Positions 35,536-46,280 of a stretch of DNA of 64,000 nucleotides are shown piece by piece. The translations under genes and the position numbers were made by a program. The notes below the pieces were generated by a model, which was not told where the DNA came from, did not search any database, and saw only the letters and a list, made by a program, of their open reading frames with translations. The stretch spans positions 107,446,001 to 107,510,000 of the forward strand of contig NC_135811.1 of NCBI RefSeq assembly GCF_964213995.1, in the 5' to 3' direction. How positions within the stretch are numbered: position 1 is the stretch's first letter; the number at the start of each line of letters is the position of its first letter. This DNA is from Mustelus asterias (Eukaryota).

Positions 35536-37307
35536 GAGAAGAATGCAATAATAAGCAGCAGCAAAATGGAGCTGACATCAAACATTTAAATTGCTCGCTG
35601 CCAGAGCTGCCTTTGACATATGGATCCACCGACTGAATGAGTGAAGGCAAAAATAATGTTTCTTGAATTCGGTGACAGTGATAAGGTATCATTATGTAGA
35701 AAATATAAGCTCTCCATGAACCTAACAGATGGCGGACGACGAACAGCTCGAATGTCTAGGTGCAACAGTGACACATCACATACTGTACAATTAATCTTTT
35801 TCTGTTAACTGAGTAAATTAGTATAATTGTAGGCCCCGGGCTTCTAGCTAATCACCACTAAACTGTGTGTATATATGTGATAACCTAGAATGTAAAGGGA
35901 AAACCATCTTATTATGTCAAACATATTAAACGTGCTTAAATGTTGAGATAATAGTACATTTCCTGACAGCTAACGAAACTCGACTGTGAAGGACATTGTT
36001 CGAGATGCTTTCAATTCCTCCAAAATATGAATGATCACTATTCACTTTGTCAGGCTATTCTGCCACTTTTAGTTGACTTGAGTTTGCTGACTTAGGTAAG
36101 ATGCATTTCAAAACTTTAGACGAGGAAATATTTATGATCCACTGAATAACGCCCCCTCCCCCTCTCCTCCCTCGTGTAGAATCGTCAAAACTTCAGTCCT
36201 AGTGCTGGGAAGTAATGTATGGCACCCACTGAGAAAGTAGATGACTGATTTCTCCCGTAATGCTGTCAGCACTGCATCTATTACAGATACCCATAAACGT
36301 TATGGTAAGGCTAAGGGTGTATAAGATAAATGCCTCAACCATTTTTTTGAACAAAAATTTTTTTAAATAAAAAAGCATATAGTCTACTTAACTTATTTTC
36401 TTGAAGATATTATATTATTGATGAATTGACTGGATGCATTACTCCGCAAAGCAATCACTTCCACGGCGTCGTAATAAGCCTTTTAAATATACATTATTTT
36501 TGGCTCAACTCTCAAATTTTGGGGAATATTCTGTCGGATTTACATTGTATTTTTAATGTATTGTATTTTATTGAATTCCCTATACAGTTTCACTAAAGGA
36601 ACAGAAATGACAGCATGAATATGTTTTATTACAATACACTTCTAAATTTAACCCATGGTTTTATGACTCTACTGCAGATCCCAACGAATTACAAAATTGG
36701 GACATAAAAAACGGTAATTAAGCAACATACAATTCTAACAGGGTAATACTCATCTATATTACATTTGTTATGAGACCTTTTATCAAACATCCCATGAGGA
36801 ACATTACATTTCCAAAAATCATATGGACATCTCATAGCTTTTAATCCAATACAGCATTCGCCAAAAGATCATCGCAATTTATTTCAAACGGATGCTTTAT
36901 TTTATAACTCCTCCTCAACACATGTTTTCTGTATTTGGGCCTTGACGTTTGATTAATTTCCATGTAGTCTAGACTTTTACAAACGAAGATAAGCGAGATG
37001 CTATGCACCTTTTATCGCGATTTTCTTTCAAATGAAAACTGTTCTAATCGACAAGAACGCAAAGATTTTTCCCTTATTATTTGTATTATTCAAATAAAAC
37101 ATTGAAATATATATATTAGATGACCTACTTGAGTTCTGCCGTGCTTCTGTAAGATATTATGCCCAAGTTGTAGGCAGCTGTAGTTCTTGCTTTGACTAAA
37201 TCTTTTTAACACTTTAAAGACAATCTTGAATAATTCCAACTTTCTCTCCACCTCCCGCCCTCCCCCCCCCTTATTGAAGACCGATTTGACGTTTAAGTGT
37301 TGCTATC

Positions 37308-37372
37308 AGATTGATGCGGATAACTTTGATTGAAAGCTTTTGTGATGTAAATGTCACCGCGGTGATGGATCA
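37308..37372 (+). promoter_or_regulatory. Hoxb1 r4 autoregulatory element (R1, R2, Sox/Oct, R3)
   Basis: AGATTGATGC 37308-37317, TGATTGAAAG 37327-37336, TTTGTGATGTAAAT 37339-37352 and TGATGGATCA 37363-37372, about 200 bp upstream of the ATG and in canonical order. Confidence 0.85.
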
Positions 37373-37557
37373 CCTCATACAGTTCACTAACATCAGGAGG
37401 TCCCTTGCCATTGGTGACTCGGGGTCACGTGAATGTCTTCTTGACTGATATCGTTTGATTGCCAGCGAGCCATGGAGGAAGTTGACTGGGTGACATAGTG
37501 CTTGGGGTTTCAGGGGCAGGGAGAATCCCGAACAGGTTGACCGTCCATCACTGGCAG

Positions 37558-38149
37558 ATGGACAATACCAGGATGAACTCCTTCTTAGAGTACGCAATTT
37601 GTAATCGTGGGACGAGCGCCTACTCATCCAAGGGTTACCACCATTCAGAACAAGGGATAACAGCTTTCGCTCCTTGTGCAGGTAACGTTGACAATTGCAA
37701 TGGTGATGGACGATTCTTAGTAGGAGGAAACGCGCACAATACACTCCAGCATCAGCACCAGCCAGCCAGTTATTCGCATCATTCCAGTCTGGGGAACCCA
37801 TGCGCCAGTTCAGGTCCCAACAACTCTACGACCCAAACTTGCAATCCGGGTTACAATCACCATTACTTTTTCAACCAAGAATCGGATGGGGCATACTTCC
37901 AAAGCTCGGGGTATACTGGCAATATAGCATCCACTGTCAATCCGCTTTCAGAAGGTTATTGTGGAGTCACAGGGCTGGGCCAGTATCAGCATTCCTACGG
38001 CCAAGAGCAACAGGGTTTGGCGTATGGGATTTATGCTAATCTGTCTCCATCTCAAGAGGGGGAAAAGGAACCTTCCTGCACCTCTGATTCATCCTCATCG
38101 GGCCAGACGTTTGACTGGATGAAAGTGAAAAGAAACCCTCCTAAAACAG
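37558..38149 (+). CDS. HOXB1: HoxB1 coding exon 1 (joins 38895-39238; 311 aa total)
   Basis: MDNTRMNSFLEYAICNRG start and TFDWMKVKRNPPKT hexapeptide. Donor AG|GTTAGT at 38149/38150, phase 1. Confidence 0.95.
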
Positions 38150-38894
38150 GTTAGTATGAGACATGCTCGAATCCTTTCCACCCTGAGTCAAATAAAAACT
38201 GGCGAAAATTCAATTCAAACACTTCCCAACTTTTACAATTTAATTCTTCCAAATTGTAAAATGACTCTGACGTTAACACGTTTTTGCTTCCAAAAGCGTC
38301 TGCAGTGAATGAAAAATACTTTGCCCTCTATTTGAACTTTGCAAAATAAGACCTGCAATATTCGAATGGGTTTTGCAATTACCCATTTGCTGGCGCCCCT
38401 CCCCCTTCCCAGAATCAATTGAAGTAAATAAGAGATGAATGTTCGGTTGATTCTGAATTTATGAAACTGACCTGAAAATGACAGACTGCTTCTTGTGGAA
38501 AATGGGACTGCAGCTTTAAATGTGATGCGCAAGGGTCTGTCCGTGTAACCCCATTCGCTGGAGCTTCACATCTGTATACAAGTTGCTCATTTGTTATTTA
38601 AGATGTATCTTTCTGAAAATAAGATATGTATTTGAAAAACTCAAGAGGAGGGACCAAGTGTTTCGCGTTGAATTTTCAATGACTTAATTAAGGTTTATTG
38701 TTATGTTTTAGAATCGTGTCGTTCAACGAGATGGGTTAGAGTCAGCCTAAAAGCCTCGTCTTGTATTTTATCTCTTGCTTCGATCAAGTTCCGGAACACT
38801 AAGTGCTGAAGTTGTTGGTTAATGCTGGCGGGTGGGGGAGGGGTGGTTGCTCATGTAGGGTCGATCTAATTGTGTGCCTTTTCGTTTTTTGCAG

Positions 38895-39238
38895 CCAGAA
38901 TTGCTGATTATGGGTTAGGTGGCCAGACCAATACAATGCGCACCAATTTCACCACCAAGCAATTAACAGAGTTGGAGAAAGAATTCCATTTTAACAAGTA
39001 CCTCACCCGCGCCAGGAGAGTGGAGATAGCGGCCACGCTGGAGCTGAATGAAACCCAAGTAAAAATCTGGTTCCAGAACCGTAGAATGAAGCAGAAGAAG
39101 CGGGAAAAAGAAGGGTTTGCTCCCCACTTGTCCGTTAACACTGCAAAGGAAACTGGGGACGGATCGGACAAGTCGTCAACTACCTCTCCATCCACATCAC
39201 CCAGATCGTCGACATCAGAGAACATCCAGACCTCTTAA
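38895..39238 (+). CDS. HOXB1: HoxB1 coding exon 2 (homeodomain)
   Basis: Acceptor TTTTTTGCAG ends at 38894. Labial-class homeodomain with B1-type [14 protein letters not shown], ending in TAA. Confidence 0.96.
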
Positions 39239-39689
39239 CTCAGGCTATCAAAATAACAATACCTTTTTATGTAAAAAGAGGAGAATATGACTTCAATTTC
39301 TTCCATTACAATTTACTGATGTTATTTGCCCTTCTTTATTGTGCTATACTCAGGGAAATTACCAAAAAAAAGCATTGCACTTTTCCCATGTTTACAATGG
39401 CAGAATCCCATCCCACATTTTGATACTGATGGTTGTAATACTGTACACCATATTGCCATTTGACATCCCGCCTTAAGTTATTGGTAACTTTTCAGGGAGT
39501 CTGGTTTCACACAGCCTTGATGTCTATGCATGGGTGTAGATCTCAGTCTATTTTGTATTTAAGAAACGTGATTTCAGACGGAATTGTTTGTATATATAGG
39601 AAATTGAGAAAAAGGCATACCGTCATTCTGCAGTGTGGAGTGTGTTTTATGAAATCTGTGGTACTTTTGATTGCACTACTAATAATGTA

Positions 39690-39696
39690 ACAGGGT
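39690..39696 (+). promoter_or_regulatory. miR-10 7mer-m8 seed match in the probable HoxB1 3' UTR
   Basis: ACAGGGT about 450 nt after the stop, just before ATTAAA at 39702-39707. Confidence 0.45.
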
Positions 39697-40869
39697 TATC
39701 GATTAAAAAGACACATGCTAGGTTTAGAAAAGAGATGAAGATTTGAAGAAATTGAGTGGAAAGTGTAGCAGACGCGTATTAAATGTTAAGACAAATACTA
39801 ATCTCGTTTCTTCACTTTTCTGGCATTTTATATTGTTTCTATTGTGTTATCGAAGTTTGTTTGTCCCTAAATCAGAAACTGTTACAACAGAACCAAACGT
39901 TTCCAGAAAAAAAAATTCAGAAAATGTTTGACTTTTCCATTGTTTTTAAGGTTGGAAGCAGGTATCTGATGATATCGATTGTGAGGAATTTTGGTGTGGA
40001 TCCGCTCTGATGCCAAATGTGTTGTAATGTGAGAATGTGCACGCACAAAGATTGCCTCTGGCCTTTGATAGTCGATATTACGATTTCGCTCGGAAAGGCG
40101 GCCGCAGCAGCACATTTTCAGAAAGTATCATCGCCCATGTCACGAGACATGGCGACCGCAGTAATTCTACCTCAGGTGATCATGCTGTCTGTCATTCAGC
40201 TGTTTTACTGAGTTTTATCAGTTTAGGTTTCTCAACCTGTTTAACAGCCCTTCCAACATGCTCACCTCGTTCAAATTACAACCCTAGTGTTCAGCTACCT
40301 CATTCCAATAAAAATCGATTTGCTTATTATAATACAATTTGCTTCCTGGCTGTTTTCATTCCTGTTGTCTGTCTTTCTTCAAATAATACAAATTATATAA
40401 GATGGGAGGGTCAATGATGGAGCTTTAATATCAATGATAATACAATGATCCTGAGCTGTATTTTGTTCCTTGTGGTTATTGCACTTTGATCACAATGACA
40501 TATTCCAATTTATAGTCAATAATCTGTCTGCTGGTGGCCCTTAAGTAAAGCAACACACAAAACAAGATCACTGAATGGCTGCTTTTTGGGACATTGAAGT
40601 TGCCCTTCTGGTGAAAAAAATACAAGAATTTTAAGAAATGCAAATAAGATCAACAGCTCAAGACAACATCCGGTGACTGCAAATATGGGTAATTTCAGGA
40701 AATATTTAATCCAATGTACTCGGCACGGCTGGGATTTCAAACGAAGCAGTCACTTCTTGTAGGTTGAATATCGTTCGTGAACGACATTAAACAAACACGA
40801 GCGACAGCCTCTTTAAAAGAAATGCATAGGCAAAGCGAGGAATGCAAGAGCAAACTCCGGATGTACAAG

Positions 40870-40883
40870 TGACCTTTTTACCT
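40870..40883 (-). promoter_or_regulatory. Hoxb1 3' DR2 RARE (early neuroectoderm enhancer)
   Basis: TGACCT tt TTACCT reads AGGTAA aa AGGTCA on the minus strand, matching the recalled mouse element. It lies 1.6 kb 3' of the HoxB1 stop. Confidence 0.85.
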
Positions 40884-43800
40884 CCAAACGCCTCTGGGAT
40901 TAACAAACAAGTCAACAAAAGCCGCCTGAAGATTACACCATTGTCCATCTCAGGCGGAGAATTCTAACTTTTTACATGTATATCTACATTATATATAAGA
41001 GAGAGAGAATGAAGAGACTGGCAAAATTCAGAGTAAACTGTGGGGTACAATTAATACAACAAAACTTGACGGATGGCTTCCAAAGTCATCATCCGGGAAA
41101 GATTGAAATTTATTTTCCCTATTGGTAGATTTACACGCCGGTTGGTTCCTGTGGCATAAATCTAGATGCAAAATGTGGTTGCATCTAAAGAAAACCATTG
41201 TTCTACAATAGCCGCTGCCTAAATATTGTGGTGACTGGAATAGACCAGATTCATTTATCGAATTTAAAACAATGCAATAATGCGTTACTCTTTCATTTCT
41301 AACTAAACCCATTCGATATATACATCGTGACCTATGTAAACTAACACACATGATTCAGTTGTAAGTATGGAGTCCCATTCTGAGGTATAGCTCGTACACT
41401 CAAGCACATATAGCTTTTGCACAAAATGTAAACATTCATATATAATCCCAAACGCACTGTAACAGTTATTTACATATCCACACAGATATGCAGAAGTATA
41501 AATTACATATTCAATATTCACACACAAAAATCACAATCGCACACATTACACACACCCCGACCTCCCATCACAAACGCCTTGACAAACTTAAACCCGAAAT
41601 GTTTTATTCGGCAAAACAAAACGGTTGAAAGATCTCTTGGAATTTATTTTCACCGGTGCTACCGTCACCTTTAGAAGAGTTTACTCATGCGGAAAACTGC
41701 ACAAGGAAAGTTAGACTAGAGTCAGCTTAATCTGATTTAAAGTTAGAGTCTTGATTGTGGAACAAAGCGACCACATTGGGGAAGTAGGCCAAGTTATATC
41801 TAAAAATGCAAAGGAAGGAATTAGTGTAGCCTGATCCGGGAGAGCCAGTTCTTGAGAATAAAGAGAAGTGGTGTTGCTTTTTGGAAATTTGATTTCCTCC
41901 AGCAATTATTTTCATTTCACAGCATGTTCATTTCTACTTGCGCCTAAGAATACCATAAACTCCGCCCGAAACGGCACACTGCAAAGCCTCATCGATAAAA
42001 CATGCATTTCAACCGACTATATGTGCCGGAGAACAATGATGTAACCAGGGAATCCTTCTGAGCTGGTTTGTGTTGCGGAGACAAAAGACAAGAACAGCTT
42101 TCCACTGAAATCGGGAAGTTGTTAAGAGGAAAACGCTGCAAACTGCCCGGTGCCTCCAGGTTGTGGGGTACTTTGTGCACTTTTACTGTAAACATCTAAG
42201 GAATTCGTCCACAGTAATAAATACTGTCTAACAGTTTCGATGTAAAGTGACTCTTGGGTCAACATTTTATTTTCACTGACAACCGCACACAGTTCCAACC
42301 CTTTACAAACTCTGGTGCGGTTCACATAGTTCTCGTGTCGCACTTTTTTCAAGCCTGCCTTTGAAATTCATTTGAATGAGAAGAAGCTTTCGGAGTGGTG
42401 ACTCCAGCAAAAAGCTGCAACTGCCCTCGCGTTCTCCCCTCCCATCTCGGTAAATATGTAAATAAATAAATGACTCCAGTGTTGACCCCCAAAAACATCG
42501 TGAGAGAGCTGAAAATAAATAAAAGCTAAAGTTCGGAAGTCTCTTGTTCTTCATAGCCGTAGAGGATTTGGTTCAAAAAAGAAGTAATTTCAAAGGGACT
42601 TCTGTCCTGAGTGCAAAGGCACAACCATCTGCTCCTGACGACTTTGTGTTAATTGCACTTGTGTTTTTTTTTTGGGGGGGGGGGGTGGTGCTGGGTTAAC
42701 CTCCCTATGTGATACCTTTTGATGTAAAGGAAACCGCACTCATAAAATTTATGACGGTTCCCTTTGAACTATTAACAGACCTTTGTCATTGGTGTTTTTC
42801 TCTCCACAAGACCGGTATTGAATTGGCTGCAACTTCACGCGTTTCAAAATTAAATACTTCTTGTATTTAACGAAAAGCAAACAGGGAACTTGTAATCAAC
42901 TTTACAAAGATAACAATCGGCAAAAGTTTAAATAACTTCCAGGATTTCAGCTCTTCTGCATTGATATTCAGCCTATCTCCGCGACATTTCTATTTCACAA
43001 TTTCAGCATCTTTTTCAGCAATACGTCCCTATCTATTCAGCCTATCGTCATAAAATATTTGCCTGAAAATGTTACATCAAATATTGCTCGTAAAGTTCAA
43101 TTACAGCCCTGGTTACTACAACTTGATGTGGAGATGCCGGCGTTGGACTGGGGTAAACACAGTAAGAAGGTGTTGTGAGACTTCTTACTTGTACTACAAC
43201 TTGCGCAGGAGCAGATAGGGGAATCATACACGAATTACGGGGAGGTGTGTGGGTGGGGGGGGGGGGGGGGGGGGGGGATTGGAAGCTCATTTTTGAAGTT
43301 CCCAAATGGATGAGGCACTTGAAAGAGACTGACCCTCCCACTGGTGTATGGGACATGATTTCTGAATTGTCCAGAGCACAGTTGCTAATCCGATTCAATT
43401 CACTTTCTATCTTATCATTAAAATACCTTGGCCGCTTCCAAATCAGATCACTTATTTAGAAGGTCAGATCAGGACGGCGACTTATCTAACTTTCACTTCC
43501 CTGAAAAACTACAGGAATTAAACTTTTGAGTATGCATGTGTGCAAGTTATTAAAGTTGAGAAGAATGTTGTTCTACCATCAGTTGTTTCCTGTGTTTTTC
43601 AGTTAAGGTTTTAAAGTGTTATTGAGAATGGGGAGGTGCATTTAACAGCAACTTGTCCCTTCTCCATTTAATTACTGATCACCTCTGTGTATCTTTACTC
43701 AGCAGGCAGGTGAAGGAGAGTTTGACCTGAATGGAAAACAATGAGGAAGTGGCTGGATAATTTTCAGCTCATTTGGGTATACCCCCTTTAAGTTTACTTT

Positions 43801-43915
43801 TGCCTGACAGGACCATTTCATTTCGGCCATCAGCTGGACTCGTTCAATATTTACTCAGGCTGAAAGGTTTGCCCAGGGCCAGCCACAAGAAGTCAGCTCT
43901 CCTTCACTAGTCTTT

Positions 43916-43932
43916 GGTTCACGGAGAGTTCA
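43916..43932 (+). promoter_or_regulatory. Hoxb1 3' DR5 RARE
   Basis: GGTTCA cggag AGTTCA, a perfect DR5, 4.7 kb 3' of the HoxB1 stop and distal to the DR2. Confidence 0.85.
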
Positions 43933-45385
43933 CGCCGAAATTAATTCAGTAGTCTGGGTCACTGTTGATTAAGTGTTCGTAGCTCCTCGCTTAGGGTCAA
44001 CTTTGGACTAGATGGAAGCTTCTCTCTTCTCTCCCTGTCGTCCCAGGTTTTAAGGCAAAAATTCGCCTTTCTTCAAACCAGTGTTATAATTATTTCGTAC
44101 AATGTGGAAGTGCTAAGATAGAGGGTATATAGCAACTCATTTAGATTTGGGAAGGTCAAAGGTCGCATCTACACTGCATATATGAATAGTTAATGGCAGT
44201 TTATGGATGGCGTTGGCCACGCCTGTCGCAAACTGAGGTTATGGAGATAGGGATATTACCATCCTAATAAAAACATGACCTTATAAAAATCTGATCATTT
44301 GCACAAACTGATGGTTTATTTGGTATGAAGTAGATTGATCATGAAGTTGCAAAGGCAGACACTTCAAAAAAAATAATGGGAGGGGTGGAAGCTAATTATT
44401 GAAGTTTCCAAATGCTTTCTTTTCCATATTTCCAAGTATTTCGTTGTTTCATGTGTGGCGCAATCAGTTTAATTATTTAAACATTACCAACTATTATATC
44501 AAAATCCATCAATATTTGATTTAACTCAGCACCACGGCGCTAAAATATTCGTAGCAAAGTCTGCCTCAGATGAATCTTTATTGCATTAATGAATGTTCTC
44601 ATTTGGCTTATTTTTTTGTACCGGGGTCACAAAAGCTTAGTTCTCATCTATCAATGAAACAAGACGTAACGGTAATAACACCGCGGCGATGAACTGTTCC
44701 AGCAACGTGTTATTACAGCTATAAATTCTTATTCATTACATTATGAAAAACAGGAGGAGAAAGGAAATTGCTACAGAAAATGCAGCAACTGAAACTTAAG
44801 CATTATTTATCACAAATGATGACTATTTTCTTTTAAGAAACACGAGCACCAGCAGAACTCCTTTCAAGGATACGTGAAAAGGCCCAGCATGTCGCAAATT
44901 CTGGCGAGAATTTAATTCATCCCGTTTTTGTTAGAAGTATAGTATTTAAAATTGGGCCGAGAGGATTTTTTTCCCGGAAATATCTGACAACAGCGGCGAA
45001 ATCAAACCTCTCCGCCTCTATCAACAGTCAGGTCCAGGAAAAAAATTCAGATGAAAACAACGTTAAAAGTTTCCGTTCATTAATTGAGGCAGCTTATAAC
45101 CTAACTTCAGCCTTATGTCTCGATTGCGAGGCATTATCCCGTATATATAGAAAACTCGCAGTCATACATTTATAGGAAGTCGATTATTTTGTTTGAAAAA
45201 TATAAGAAGTATTTCTTTAATGCTCAGTGCTTGGGGTTAAGGTACCACATGGGAATACTTCAAAAACTACCAAGAAGATTAGAGCCAATAATTTTAAGCA
45301 TGTGTATATTTTGTTGGGGAACTTTTTCTTAAAATATTAATATGACTTCCCTTAATCAATGTTGTTGTCAAACGGATAAATGTTC

Positions 45386-45897
45386 NNNNNNNNNNNNNNN
45401 NNNNNNNNNNNNNNNNNNNNNNNNNNNNNNNNNNNNNNNNNNNNNNNNNNNNNNNNNNNNNNNNNNNNNNNNNNNNNNNNNNNNNNNNNNNNNNNNNNNN
45501 NNNNNNNNNNNNNNNNNNNNNNNNNNNNNNNNNNNNNNNNNNNNNNNNNNNNNNNNNNNNNNNNNNNNNNNNNNNNNNNNNNNNNNNNNNNNNNNNNNNN
45601 NNNNNNNNNNNNNNNNNNNNNNNNNNNNNNNNNNNNNNNNNNNNNNNNNNNNNNNNNNNNNNNNNNNNNNNNNNNNNNNNNNNNNNNNNNNNNNNNNNNN
45701 NNNNNNNNNNNNNNNNNNNNNNNNNNNNNNNNNNNNNNNNNNNNNNNNNNNNNNNNNNNNNNNNNNNNNNNNNNNNNNNNNNNNNNNNNNNNNNNNNNNN
45801 NNNNNNNNNNNNNNNNNNNNNNNNNNNNNNNNNNNNNNNNNNNNNNNNNNNNNNNNNNNNNNNNNNNNNNNNNNNNNNNNNNNNNNNNNNNNNNNNN
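45386..45897. other. Assembly gap (512 N)
   Basis: Run of N. Confidence 1.
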
Positions 45898-45989
45898 TAT
45901 CTATGTGTGTAATATATTAAGTGAGAAAAGTTTTGTATATCTAAACCATTGAATTGCTCAGATTATCACAACACAAAACTTGTCTTCAC

Positions 45990-46280
45990 TTAAGGGGTGA
46001 AAGAACTAGGGACCATAAATATAAGATAGTCACCAATAAGTCCAATAGGAAATTCGGAAAAACATCTTCAAACACCTTTACCCAGAGAGAGGTGAGAATG
46101 AGGAACGGTTGAGGCAAATTGTATAAATGCATTTGAGGGAGAACTAGATATGGACACGAGGGAGGAAATAATATAAGGATACGTTGATTGGGTTAGGTGA
46201 TGGAAGGTGAAAAGAGGGCTCTGTATAGCATAAATGCTGGCTTTGACCAGTTGGACCGAAGGGCCGATCTCTGTGCAATA
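45990..46280 (+). mobile_element. Degenerate CR1-type LINE 3' end fragment
   Basis: ACTAGGGACCATAAATATAAGATAGTCACCAATAA...TTTACCCAGAGAGAGGTGAGAATG...ATGCATTTGAGGGAGAACTAGAT...GACCAGTTGGACCGAAGGGCC resembles shark CR1 tails. Boundaries are approximate. Confidence 0.7.

Noticed and set aside
36738-36745. miR-10 8mer ACAGGGTA
   Set aside because: It is intergenic, upstream of the HoxB1 promoter, with no evidence that it is in an mRNA.
37370-39225. Antisense ORFs over HoxB1 (143 aa and 105 aa) and similar ones over HoxB2 and HoxB3
   Set aside because: These are shadow ORFs expected opposite GC-richer coding exons, with no independent protein signal.
45342-45952. 190-192 aa ORFs
   Set aside because: Artefacts of reading through the N gap.
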